Below are positions 37,213 through 49,993 of a stretch of DNA of 64,000 nucleotides, piece by piece. The translations under genes and the position numbers were made by a program. The stretch lies in assembly GCA_031550225.1 (NCBI GenBank), contig JAVBOT010000004.1, positions 6,107-70,106 of the forward strand, in the 5' to 3' direction. The stretch comes from Desulfovibrio sp. (lineage in GTDB: Bacteria; Desulfobacterota; Desulfovibrionia; Desulfovibrionales; Desulfovibrionaceae). The notes below the pieces were generated by a model. It saw only the letters and a program-made list of their open reading frames with translations. It searched no databases and was not told the origin of the DNA. Positions within the stretch are counted from its first letter, which is position 1; every line of letters starts with the position of its first letter.

Positions 37213-37560
37213 ATGAACATCATTAGAAAGATAGAGCAGGAACACTTGCGCATGGATTTGCCCCGTTTTAAATCCGGGGATACCGTTAAGGTGCACATGC
37301 GCATTGTTGAAGGCGAAAAAGAGCGTATCCAGATATTTCAGGGGAACGTAATCCGTTTGCGTAAAGGCACGACGGACAGCACTTTCACGGTGCGGAAAAT
37401 TTCCGGCGGCGTGGGCGTTGAGCGCGCTTTTCCTTTGCATTCCCCGTTTATTGAAACCATTGAAGTTGTGCAGGAAGGCCGCGTGCGTCGCAGCCGCCTC
37501 TTCTTTATGCGCAATCTCAAAGGCAAGGCCGCGCGCATTAAGCCTAAAAATCGCTACTAG
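37213..37560 (+). CDS. rplS: 50S ribosomal protein L19
   Basis: F..GDTVKV...[28 protein letters not shown] and VRR motifs. Confidence 0.98.
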   Translation: MNIIRKIEQEHLRMDLPRFKSGDTVKVHMRIVEGEKERIQIFQGNVIRLRKGTTDSTFTVRKISGGVGVERAFPLHSPFIETIEVVQEGRVRRSRLFFMRNLKGKAARIKPKNRY

Positions 37561-37640
37561 CACTGATTTCATAAATCGGCCGATGGCCGATTTATGAAGA
37601 TCGCTTCGCCCAAAAGCCACGCTTTTGGGCGAAGCGGCTT
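37557..37640 (-). repeat. Family A repeat, partial copy (right end) beginning at the rplS stop
   Basis: CTAGCACTGATTTCATAAATCGGCCGATGGCCGATTTATGAAGATCGCTTCGCC. Confidence 0.85.
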
Positions 37641-37729
37641 ACTACGGAAAATGCTCCTCCGCTCGAGATAGAGAGCGTCAATGCGGTATTTGGCCTCCAA
37701 ACGCTCTTGAAGAGAGAGGCTTTTTGCCA

Positions 37730-37945
37730 AAAGTTCCCGGGGGCGCTGGAAGCTGTAAGCGCTATGCCCTACAGGCACGAAAGCTATTTGTTTTTTTATG
37801 AGTGGGTGTACGTTTGCGCGTATGCCCACTCCCTTTTTGCCGTTTTGATGGATTGTTCCGTCTTGTGCCGTTGGTACGCGGTCCGTAAGGCTGTGTGCAC
37901 CTATGCTTGATGCCGAATGCTCGGCAAGCCCCGCGGAATTTGGCC
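37730..37945 (-). pseudogene. IS481-family transposase fragment (integrase core), frameshifted
   Basis: One frame reads FRGACRAFGIKHRCTQPYGPRTNG. A shifted frame reads EQSIKTAKREWAYAQTYTHS*, matching the IS481 pattern TRPY.P.TNGK.ERFI.T..REWAY. Confidence 0.8.
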
Positions 37946-38029
37946 TTCTCATGGCGGTTCACCGGATCTTGCTTCGGATGGCGGTTGTTTTGGCCTAAGT
38001 TTTGCCGGTTTGAGGTGGTGCTGATACTT

Positions 38030-38157
38030 TAGAGCAATTTACCATTGAAAATGTATACTTGCTCTGCAAGGATTTGCCCGTAACTCCTTGCTTTGAGATT
38101 GCCGTAGGCGGGCTTTGCCCGCCGTTAAACGACAAATCTCAAAGTTAATCTGCTCTA
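38030..38157 (+). repeat. Family B repeat, copy 2
   Basis: ~95% identical to 14632-14759; TTAG...CTAG ends. Confidence 0.9.
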
Positions 38158-38323
38158 GGAGCTGTCCCTCAATAAATCTTTTGTCCAAAGAGCTGCGTCG
38201 TCCAGTTCTTTTTTCTCCGGCCCTGTACCGTAAGAGTACACTCCCTTCGCAAAAAGAGCTGGATTTCTTGCTCTTGGCGCAAAATCTTTTATTTAGAAAC
38301 AGCCCCTAGTGAAATATTATAAT

Positions 38324-38478
38324 TGGACCTCATTTCATCCCTCATTAGGGAATAGCTTCTAACGCCGGACGCCAGTCCGCCGCGCCGCGATAAGCGGCGT
38401 GAGCGAACCGAAAGCCGCGTTTTTCGGCGAAGCGTTCTGCATAAATTGCCCAAGGGCGATTTATGAAATCAGCACAAA
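38324..38478 (+). repeat. Family A repeat, copy 4
   Basis: Aligns with 2318-2473. Confidence 0.85.
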
Positions 38479-38910
38479 TCATCTCCCGGGCTTTTTATAC
38501 GGTACTTGCTAGAGAGCAAAATCTATGTGAGAGATAAAAGGGGTACGCAAAAATGGAGAGTTCTTTGCTCTCTTCTTGCAAGCGGCATGTGCTGCTGAAT
38601 GGAGCATGAGTGTGCGAAAAAAAGAAAAAAGCATGCAGTATGGCGCTGAATGGACTTTTCAAAATTTTTTTTATCTTGTATCAAATTCTAATATTGGGAA
38701 TGGAACTTTTTAATATTTTCTTAGGCCCGTGCCTGGGCGAGGCGAACAGAGGAGAAGAAGGATTAAAACTATGCTTTCCCCGGCTTTGGGAGGAAAAAAA
38801 GTTTTTTTACTCTTGAGTTTTTCCAAAGCAAGAGTGGAGGCTGTGCGGTTCCCTGCATTTTCTTAACGGATGGACGGCGAGTTGAATTATAGAGCGGCAA
38901 GGAGTCTCGT

Positions 38911-39579
38911 ATGACCACAGTCACAGCGGCCATTGTTGGCGGCTTTATCCTTGTTTTAGGGGTTTTAGGAATCATTTTCTCCCGCCGTAAACCCAAAAAG
39001 GAGATCGCTGTAGAGGAGGCCACAGAAAAAAGGAGACTGTGTTCGCCTTTTAAGGACGGCTTTGAGGCTATGGGTATAGACGCCGTTTATTTGGAAGCGG
39101 TTCAAGGGTTATTTGACGGCATAAAGCCATATATTGAGCGGGATGCCGCATCCAGCACCATGCTGCTGGGAGCTGCCGATGCTCTGAACCGTTTTGGGTA
39201 TAAAGATTCTTTTTTAGACGATACCCTGAGCCCCGAAGAACGATTTGAATTTTTAGGAAATAAATACGGCGATATTTTTGATGCGGCCCTTGCGGAGGGC
39301 GACGATTTTAAGGCCACAGCCATCAAGTATATTCTTTTAGAGAAACTCTCCGCCTTTCTTCCCCTTGCCGCAAGAAGTTTACAAGAAATAGCCAAGTGCA
39401 CGGAACAGGATATGCTGGAGCCCGCTTTCAGGCAAAAGTATGTGGAGACTTTTTACAAGACGGCACGGCTCCACGGCGCCGGAAATGAAGATATCGCGGA
39501 GTATCTTGCGAAAACGCTTGGGGTGCAGATTCGTTTGGCTGAAACGCCCAAAGAGCAAGCGGCGGCACGCGCCACATAA
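38911..39579 (+). CDS. Hypothetical protein with N-terminal membrane anchor
   Basis: AAGGAG RBS; hydrophobic N-terminal helix followed by RRKPKK; 222 aa; lower GC than neighbours. Confidence 0.8.
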   Translation: MTTVTAAIVGGFILVLGVLGIIFSRRKPKKEIAVEEATEKRRLCSPFKDGFEAMGIDAVYLEAVQGLFDGIKPYIERDAASSTMLLGAADALNRFGYKDSFLDDTLSPEERFEFLGNKYGDIFDAALAEGDDFKATAIKYILLEKLSAFLPLAARSLQEIAKCTEQDMLEPAFRQKYVETFYKTARLHGAGNEDIAEYLAKTLGVQIRLAETPKEQAAARAT

Positions 39580-39651
39580 AGAGATTTCGCTTATCAAATA
39601 TGACTGTAAATTAATTTGGCTGTAAAGAATCTTCCTATCGAGGTGCCCTTT

Positions 39652-40458
39652 ATGTCTTCCCGCTTCCCCTTGCCAGGGATTGCGCCTAGAATGGACGCCA
39701 TGTTGGAGCATGCCCGGTGTGACCTTTCCGGAATAGTACATATAGGTATCGACGAAGCGGGACGAGGATGCCTTGCTGGGCCTGTGGTAGCTGCCGCTGT
39801 GCTGTTCCCGGAGAATTTTGACTTTCTCCTCCACTTACCGGGTCTTGCCGATTCCAAGAAGGTCACGCAAAGGCGCCGCATCCTTTTGGCCGATGCCATA
39901 GGCGCCTTGGCTAGCGCTTACGGCATCGGCGTGAGTTGGCAGGATGAGATAGATACAGTGAATATTTTAAATGCCACGTTGAGAGCTATGTCTAGGGCCG
40001 TGCTTGCGCTGACGGCCAAGCTGGAAGAAACTCAGAGCCTGCCTGTTTCCTTACCGCTTTTATGCATAGATGGTAATCAGACAATCCCTCTTGCTCACTG
40101 GCAAGCCAGCACTGGAGGCGTTCCTGTTGAAGCTTTAGTGTGGGAGCAATATTTGCCCTTGCCGGTATCCCGATTGCCCATGCATACTCCCGCTTTACCC
40201 AAACAACGAGCCATCGTTGATGGGGATGCCCTTGTACCCTCCATTGCCGCAGCTTCTATTTTGGCGAAAACTATGCGCGACGAACTCATGATCCGGCTGG
40301 ATGCGTTTTATCCCGACTACGGACTCGCACGGCATAAGGGATACGGCACAAAAGAACACCGAGAGTTGTTGACCAGCAATGGGCCTTGCGCCTTGCACCG
40401 CAAATCGTTTAAGCCGGTTGGCCTCTTTGTGAACAGCATTCATACAAAATTGTTCTGA
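39652..40458 (+). CDS. rnhB: Ribonuclease HII
   Basis: GIDEAGRGCLAGPVVAAAV, LADSKK, NILNAT, IDGN, GDA...SIAAASILAK and HKGYGT motifs. Confidence 0.96.
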   Translation: MSSRFPLPGIAPRMDAMLEHARCDLSGIVHIGIDEAGRGCLAGPVVAAAVLFPENFDFLLHLPGLADSKKVTQRRRILLADAIGALASAYGIGVSWQDEIDTVNILNATLRAMSRAVLALTAKLEETQSLPVSLPLLCIDGNQTIPLAHWQASTGGVPVEALVWEQYLPLPVSRLPMHTPALPKQRAIVDGDALVPSIAAASILAKTMRDELMIRLDAFYPDYGLARHKGYGTKEHRELLTSNGPCALHRKSFKPVGLFVNSIHTKLF

Positions 40459-40706
40459 AGCACGGGAAGGATCTGCCTCCAAATTTTTCCCTCAATAGCC
40501 TTAAACCGGCTGTGCGCGCTGTGGCGCTTAGACGCAAATGGCGCGGCTGTATATTGCATGCCCGTGAATCTTTATGATAAATCAATAGATTACGTCTTTA
40601 TGTGGAGGTTGCTAAGAGCATTGCTTCCCTGTACTATGCTGGCAATACCGCGAGGGCAGAGTTCTTTTTTTGCCTGGATCGCAAAGTTTTTTGGAAGGAG
40701 TTTTTC

Positions 40707-41441
40707 ATGCGGATAGGAATATTGAAGATAGCGCTTCTTATGAGCTTGCTTGGTTGGGCGACCATGGCCGGCGCGGCGGCGCCTGGAGGAGCATCCGCTA
40801 TTTTTTCTTCCCCTGACGCGCAAAATATGGAAATTTTGCAAAGGGCAGCGGATGCATATGATGCTAAAGACTACGCAAAAGTAAAACAGGTCTTGAAGCC
40901 GCTTGTAGATAAAAATGATGGTTACGCCACCTTTGCCATGGGTTTGCTTGCTGCACGTGGAGAGGGCGAACCGAGAAGCTTGCAAAAAGCGGAAAACTGG
41001 TGGAAGAAATCAGCCGAGGCGGGTAACCCGCAAGCTCAGTTTAATCTTGGCTATTTATACTTTAAAGGGGCTTTAGGCGGGCAAAATCTTGCCGCGGTTC
41101 GTACTCTTTGGGCAAAGGCCGCCAAGCAAAAGCATCCGGACGCCATGTACGGTATGGGGGTGCTTTATTCCACTGGCGGCGGGGGGCCTAAAGATGCGAA
41201 GGGCGCTATAAAATATTTTGAAGAAGCTGCCGCTATGGGGCATCCTTTGGCGGAATACGAACTCGGCCAGGCATACCTTGAGGGCAAGGGCGTCCCCAAA
41301 GATAGGCAAAAGGCCCGAGAATGGTTCAGTAGGGCTGCTAATAAAGGTATGCCTGAAGCCAAGAACGTTTTACAGGTAATGGATGGCGGGAAAAAGCAAG
41401 GGACTAAAAAACCGCCGGCAAAAAAAGCGGCCGGGCAGTAA
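40707..41441 (+). CDS. Secreted Sel1-like repeat protein
   Basis: Signal peptide and about four AQFNLG.LY..G.G...A..W..KAA repeats. Confidence 0.9.
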   Translation: MRIGILKIALLMSLLGWATMAGAAAPGGASAIFSSPDAQNMEILQRAADAYDAKDYAKVKQVLKPLVDKNDGYATFAMGLLAARGEGEPRSLQKAENWWKKSAEAGNPQAQFNLGYLYFKGALGGQNLAAVRTLWAKAAKQKHPDAMYGMGVLYSTGGGGPKDAKGAIKYFEEAAAMGHPLAEYELGQAYLEGKGVPKDRQKAREWFSRAANKGMPEAKNVLQVMDGGKKQGTKKPPAKKAAGQ

Positions 41442-41610
41442 TAACGCCACTTCAAAATGTTTTTTCGCACCCCTTTCATCTGCGTTATGGGAACACAGCG
41501 GAGGAATTTGAAGCCTGCGTTTTGCTTGAACGTAATGTGTTGTAAAGGTTATGCGGCTGTGCCCTTACTTTAAAGCAGAGCTGAATTTGTCGGCTTTTAC
41601 CCCTGTGCAT

Positions 41611-41741
41611 CTAGTGCTGATTTTACACATCGGCTAATGGTCGATATATGAAGCCGGCTTCGTCGAAAAGCGCGGTTTTCGGTTCGCCGGACGGCCCCGT
41701 CCGGCGTTAGAAGCCATTCCCCTAGAAGTAGAATTGTAAAC
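41611..41741 (-). repeat. Family A repeat, copy 5 (internal deletion, degenerate left end)
   Basis: Starts CTAGTGCTGATTT; lacks the CGCCGC..GCGGCG hairpin. Confidence 0.8.
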
Positions 41742-42668
41742 TCATTGAAAACGTTGCCGCATTTGTTGCGTGAAAGCTTGCAGTCTATGTTGTAAGTTTG
41801 TGCATTCCTCAGGGCTTGCGCAGTTCTTGATGAGTTCTTCCAACTGCTGTTGCCAGGCAAGCCAAGTGTTTCTGTTGGCAACTTCAAGTCGCAGCAAACG
41901 CAGATACTTGCCTCCCGCGTCATCAAAAAAAGCCATGCGAACAACCGGATCTGAGCTTAATTGCCCCTGTGCAATCAGCATCTTGCTCCAAGTGAGCCAG
42001 GCATAAGGATCGGTGGGATGCTTGGCCGTATAAGACTGCAAGGCCTTAGACGCTTTGGACAGAGCCATATCACGATCAGCAAAGCCAGAGGCTGTTAAGC
42101 AAAAATGGTGCAGAGTCTGCCACCAGTGCTCCCAGGCTACGGCGGTGTCCCGCAGGGGCATGGATGTATTCGTGATGCTATCTAAAAAGCCGGCCAGACC
42201 AGGCCGTGTCTCTTCTGTAAGCAAATAATCCTGCCAAGCGTTTTGGGCCTGCGCCCATAGCCGTTCTAGCGTTTTCCTTTCCTCCGGGCTAAGATTGCGC
42301 TGCTCCTGCCGGACGGTTTCTTCTCCCATTGCGGCCATCTGCTCGAGTACCTCAGCCCAGATAATCCGCGCGCGTAACCCGGCGGCATCTGTGCCGGCAT
42401 GTTTTGCAATGCTGTCTTGCCCCCTTGCATAGAGATCGGCAAATACTTGCGACGGCATGGGGGTATGCCGGGCTGTTGCCGCCAGCCGGAGCAAAGCTCT
42501 GCTCCAATCTATCCAGTTTTCTACACTTTGCTGAGAAGCAAGGGTGAGTTCACTGCGTCGCAGGGCAAGTTCTTCGGGTAGAGGTTCCTCTGCCCGCAAA
42601 CTGGAAGTCTGCACGGTAAAGAACAGCAACACCGCGAAACGCAGCAGGATGGATAGGACGGTTCGCAT
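41742..42668 (-). CDS. Exported all-helical hypothetical protein (TPR-like, Trp-rich)
   Basis: Signal-peptide-like N-terminus; 308 aa open frame; no recognised family. Confidence 0.7.
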   Translation of the reverse strand: MRTVLSILLRFAVLLFFTVQTSSLRAEEPLPEELALRRSELTLASQQSVENWIDWSRALLRLAATARHTPMPSQVFADLYARGQDSIAKHAGTDAAGLRARIIWAEVLEQMAAMGEETVRQEQRNLSPEERKTLERLWAQAQNAWQDYLLTEETRPGLAGFLDSITNTSMPLRDTAVAWEHWWQTLHHFCLTASGFADRDMALSKASKALQSYTAKHPTDPYAWLTWSKMLIAQGQLSSDPVVRMAFFDDAGGKYLRLLRLEVANRNTWLAWQQQLEELIKNCASPEECTNLQHRLQAFTQQMRQRFQ

Positions 42669-42777
42669 GATTTTTGTGTATACGACAATCTCGCGTCTGG
42701 CAATAAAGGGGGGACCATTGCATACTTTGCGTAACGTCTTTTAACAGGCTAAGGCTGGGAGAAGTAGGCGTAATAAT

Positions 42778-42932
42778 TAGAGCGAATGAACATTGAAAAT
42801 GCTCATCAAAATGCTGGCACACCTCGCAACGCCGGGTTTTGTAAAGGCATGTCCACTGCGGCGCTTAACGGCGGCAATGAATGCCGCCTGCACGGCGGGC
42901 TGTTGCCAAAGAAGATTTTGCCGACAGCTTCA
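42778..42932 (+). repeat. Family C mosaic repeat with B-type TIR
   Basis: Begins TAGAGCGAATGAACATTGAAAATG and contains the core shared with 31016-31093. Confidence 0.7.
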
Positions 42933-42951
42933 GCGGACGAAGCATAACCTT

Positions 42952-43088
42952 TAGAGCAAATTCACTTTAAAATTATACATACCGGTAAAATGCTCTGGTC
43001 TTGTGAAGCGAAGCGCAACAAGATCCGCAAGATTGGCGTAGGCGGGCTTTGCCCGCCGTTAAACGACAAATCTCAAAGTTAATCTGCT

Positions 43089-43091
<3 letters not shown>
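42952..43091 (+). repeat. Family B repeat, copy 3; the right end overlaps the tgt stop codon
   Basis: Right part nearly identical to copy 2; left hairpins diverged. Confidence 0.88.
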
Positions 43092-46438
<3,347 letters not shown>

Positions 46439-47321
46439 GAAATCCTCTATAAAGAATGAGCCTACAGGCAAGCGCTTTCTTACCGGCGGGGAAGCACGCA
46501 AAGGTGAAACCTCGCGGTTGAAGCGATTCCTCTAGGAACTGTATAGCGGCACAGCTCTCTTTACCGTCATTGGCCTATCAATAAGAGCGCACCCGGGCGG
46601 TAAATCCAATCGGTATTCATATCCCATCTTCTTTCCTGAGGCAACCTCACGGACCGCGAGGGGCGATGCGCCATGCTCCTTCAGGCCGCAGCATGGAGTT
46701 TTGCCGGGGTATGCTTTTAAAAGCCATCCCAATAACCCAAACTCCGGGAAAGAAATGACTTGCACTGATTGCATAAACCGGCCGGCGGCCATCCGCACTC
46801 CTTATAGAGCAAAGGGATCGGTTTTGCCTGCAAGATATTGGATAAATGAACTATGAAATGGGGCCGCATGATATAACATTGTTGTGCGGGAAAAATATCT
46901 TGTTCCCTGATGTGCCCAACTTGCATTCTCTCCTGATATAGTCTAACAAGTCCCGGCATATCAGATGATGTATCTTTACGGATTGTGTGGAGAACGGTGC
47001 GACGCCTTTCCAACAAGACGTAAGTGCATGTTTATAGAGTCAGCAACACGGAGTGAAGCAGGGCCACTCTAATTTCAGTAGAAGTGTGAGAGTTTTTCTG
47101 TATAGCGCGATGGGGGGCTGTGCCGAAAAAATTTTTGTTTGCCTTCATCTATATAATAACTAGAAAATAAGAGCTATTTCCCGCTACCAGTAATAAGAAT
47201 GCCAGACGGCGTTCGATGTTCCGGCGGCCACAGCCGCTGTGGGGTAATTTTGTCTGCAAAGAACGCTGGTGGGGGCACCGGGTGAGACAAATTTTCAGCA
47301 TACCTTTAAGCAAGACGTTGG

Positions 47322-48776
47322 ATGCATATGGTTTCCTCACACATAAAATTAATATTTCGGTGCCTCTTCTTTTCTGAAATAGTGAGTTTTGTTTTAGCTT
47401 TCACGTTGTGGTATGTGTTTTTTTACACTGCACCACAGGAACACGATCCGATGAGCGTGTATTTTTATATGCGCGAGACGACTTTTTTTGCGGTCGGGTT
47501 AATGGTTTCCTGCATCAGTGTAGCTTTTTTGCGGCTGCGTTATGAAATGGATACCTATACCACCGGGTGCGCTCTTTCTGTTGCCCGGTATCATTTACGT
47601 TCCTGGGCGGCATATTTTTGCATTTTATTTATTTGGATGGGGCTTTGTCTTGCGTTTTTTCCGCATATCAGGCCTTTTGGGTTGGTGGGCTTTTTTTTCT
47701 GTATCCTGGTGGGGGATTACGGCCTGAAAAGGCTCTCTGTCACAATACTGACTCATACCAATACGCGCAGGATTAACACCAGAAATATGTTTATAGTGGG
47801 CCTTAATAAGCGATCTTTGGCGTTTAATAAGCTTATTTCGGAAAACAAGGCATTGGGATTTAACGTTATCGGCTTTATTGATGAAACAAAAAAGTATGAT
47901 GAACTGGAGAATGCGGACAAGGAACGAGTCTCCTACCTTGGCGGCTTTGACGGCATTGAGGAAGTTTTGCGGCATCGCGCTATAGACGCGATAGCTGTTT
48001 TTTTGCCCCTACGTTCTTTTTACGACAGAAACCTCGATATCATCCAAATGGCGCAAAAGTATGGGGTTTCCGTCGATTTTATGATCCTGCCTTTTGAACC
48101 GGAAAAAGTGAAAATCCGTTTTTCCCACGTAGGGAATTTTAATAATATCCTTTATTATTCCGGCCCTCGTGAATCGTTGGCCCTGGGGATAAAAAGGGTC
48201 ATGGATATTGTGGGGGCGCTTGTTTTTTTTCTTATTTTTTGGCCTTTGCTTTTGGGCATCGCGCTTTTTATCAAGATTACCGATGGCGGGCCCGTGCTTT
48301 TCGAGCAAAACCGTATGGGCTACAACAAGCGTGTTTTTTCCGTGCTGAAATTTCGAACAATGGTGCGTGACGCGGAAGCTCGCCTGGCGGAAGTGAAGCG
48401 CTTAAATGAAATGGACGGCGCTGTTTTTAAAATTTCCAATGATCCTAGGATCATTAAGGGCGGAGCCTTTTTGCGGCGTTATAGTTTGGATGAATTGCCG
48501 CAGTTTTGGAATGTGCTCAGGGGACGGATGAGCCTTGTGGGCCCGCGTCCGTTACCTGTCCGCGAATATGAGTTTTTCCCTGAAGATTGGCAGCTCCGCC
48601 GCCTCTCCATGAAGCCGGGGCTTACGTGCATTTGGCAGGTAAGCGGGCGCAACAACATAGGGTTTAATGACTGGATGAAAATGGATTTACAGTATATTGA
48701 TAACTGGAGTCTGGGATTGGATGTGATGCTTCTCCTAAAAACCGTGCGCGAAGTGTTTCGAGGCGGCGGGAAATAG
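47322..48776 (+). CDS. Priming undecaprenyl-phosphate sugar phosphotransferase (WcaJ/WbaP-like)
   Basis: N-terminal TM helices; KRVMD, KFRTM, DPR, LDELPQ..NVL.G.MSLVGPRP, KPGLT..WQVSGR and D..YI.NWS motifs. Confidence 0.95.
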   Translation: MHMVSSHIKLIFRCLFFSEIVSFVLAFTLWYVFFYTAPQEHDPMSVYFYMRETTFFAVGLMVSCISVAFLRLRYEMDTYTTGCALSVARYHLRSWAAYFCILFIWMGLCLAFFPHIRPFGLVGFFFCILVGDYGLKRLSVTILTHTNTRRINTRNMFIVGLNKRSLAFNKLISENKALGFNVIGFIDETKKYDELENADKERVSYLGGFDGIEEVLRHRAIDAIAVFLPLRSFYDRNLDIIQMAQKYGVSVDFMILPFEPEKVKIRFSHVGNFNNILYYSGPRESLALGIKRVMDIVGALVFFLIFWPLLLGIALFIKITDGGPVLFEQNRMGYNKRVFSVLKFRTMVRDAEARLAEVKRLNEMDGAVFKISNDPRIIKGGAFLRRYSLDELPQFWNVLRGRMSLVGPRPLPVREYEFFPEDWQLRRLSMKPGLTCIWQVSGRNNIGFNDWMKMDLQYIDNWSLGLDVMLLLKTVREVFRGGGK

Positions 48777-48817
48777 GTGCGTGTTGATCATGGGCTGCCT
48801 CGGCCCCAGGCGGATAA

Positions 48818-48973
48818 TAGAAGTCGTTTTATAATTTATTGCGAAATGGCTTCTAATGCCGGACGGCAGTCCGGCGCGCCGTGAACAGCGGCGTGAGCAA
48901 GCCGAAAGCCACGTTTTTCGGCGAAGCGATCTTCATAAATCGGCCGCCGGCCGACTTATGAAATCAATACCAG
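48818..48973 (+). repeat. Family A repeat, copy 6 (inside the EPS locus)
   Basis: 156 bp; aligns end to end with 2318-2473. Confidence 0.88.
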
Positions 48974-48996
48974 TAACTTCAACATGTGGATTTTTC

Positions 48997-49203
48997 ATGA
49001 ACACGCAAGCTAAATCCTTGACTCAAACTCAGGAAAAGCCCTTTGCTCGAAAGCAACGCTCGATTTTTGCCTATGCTCTTTTTTCTTGCGGCGTTTTTGC
49101 CCTTGTATTGCTCGCCGCCATGTACAGCCTGGATATGCTGGGGATGAACAAGGCTGAACGGCGCATTACTGACTGGTACGACAGTCTGTCCGCAAAACGG
49201 TGA
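48997..49203 (+). CDS. Small (68 aa) single-TM membrane protein
   Basis: One hydrophobic helix preceded by basic residues; fills the gap before wza; weak RBS. Confidence 0.55.
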   Translation: MNTQAKSLTQTQEKPFARKQRSIFAYALFSCGVFALVLLAAMYSLDMLGMNKAERRITDWYDSLSAKR

Positions 49204-49228
49204 TGTGGATAGCGGGGGGAGAGCGATA

Positions 49229-49987
49229 ATGACGTCATCTGTCACTCAACAAAATTTTAGTCTCGCGCGCGGGCTGGGGCTTTTTGCACTGGCTTTGCTG
49301 GTCCTTACGAATTTTGGTTGCGCCACGTTTTTTGGGCCGGACCCGGCTCCCATTGACGTTGCCATGCGCCGGCCGGTATTTCCACAAGCGCAAAGAACCA
49401 TCCAAAGCGGCGATACCCTTAAAGTGCAATTCCTCTACCATAAAGAATTGAACGTCAATGAGATGGTCGGCGCGGACGGCAATGTTTTTTTTCCTCTTAT
49501 CGGAGAGCGAAGGGTCTTCGGCAAGACAGTGCAGCAACTGCATGAGGAATTGAAGACAGCATACAGCAAGGATCTTGTTGATCCGGATATTGCCGTTTCT
49601 TTGGACAGGAGCCAATCCTCCATGGTCTATGTGGCGGGAGAAGTGCGCAATGGCGGCGCCAAGGCCCTTCTTGCCAACACCACCGTAGCTCAGATGATTG
49701 CCGCTTGTAATCCGGATCTGGTGAAGGGGGATGTTTCTTCAGTGCTGCTCGTCCGAAAAAATAAGGAAGAAGAAGGCAGCAAGGCTTACGAAATAAACGC
49801 TGATTACCGCTCGGGCCAAGGCAGAGACGTCTACCTCATGCCGGGGGATATCGTGGTCGTGCCGCGCAAGGGCATAGTACTGGTGGGGGACGTTATCCAG
49901 CAATATGTTCGGGATCTTTTGCCGCCGCAATTGGGCCTGAACATGGGCTTTTTTTATGAAATCAATAGAGACGGGTATCCCGAGTAA
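49229..49987 (+). CDS. Polysaccharide export lipoprotein (Wza/GumB-like)
   Basis: Lipobox FGC; GD.L.V, V..DG.V.FPLIG, VYVAGEV..G and L.PGDIVVVP motifs. Confidence 0.9.
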   Translation: MTSSVTQQNFSLARGLGLFALALLVLTNFGCATFFGPDPAPIDVAMRRPVFPQAQRTIQSGDTLKVQFLYHKELNVNEMVGADGNVFFPLIGERRVFGKTVQQLHEELKTAYSKDLVDPDIAVSLDRSQSSMVYVAGEVRNGGAKALLANTTVAQMIAACNPDLVKGDVSSVLLVRKNKEEEGSKAYEINADYRSGQGRDVYLMPGDIVVVPRKGIVLVGDVIQQYVRDLLPPQLGLNMGFFYEINRDGYPE

Positions 49988-49993
49988 CCGTAT

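Noticed and set aside
46717-47016. 99-aa minus-strand ORF upstream of the EPS locus
   Set aside because: TTG start, no clear RBS and no recognisable motif.
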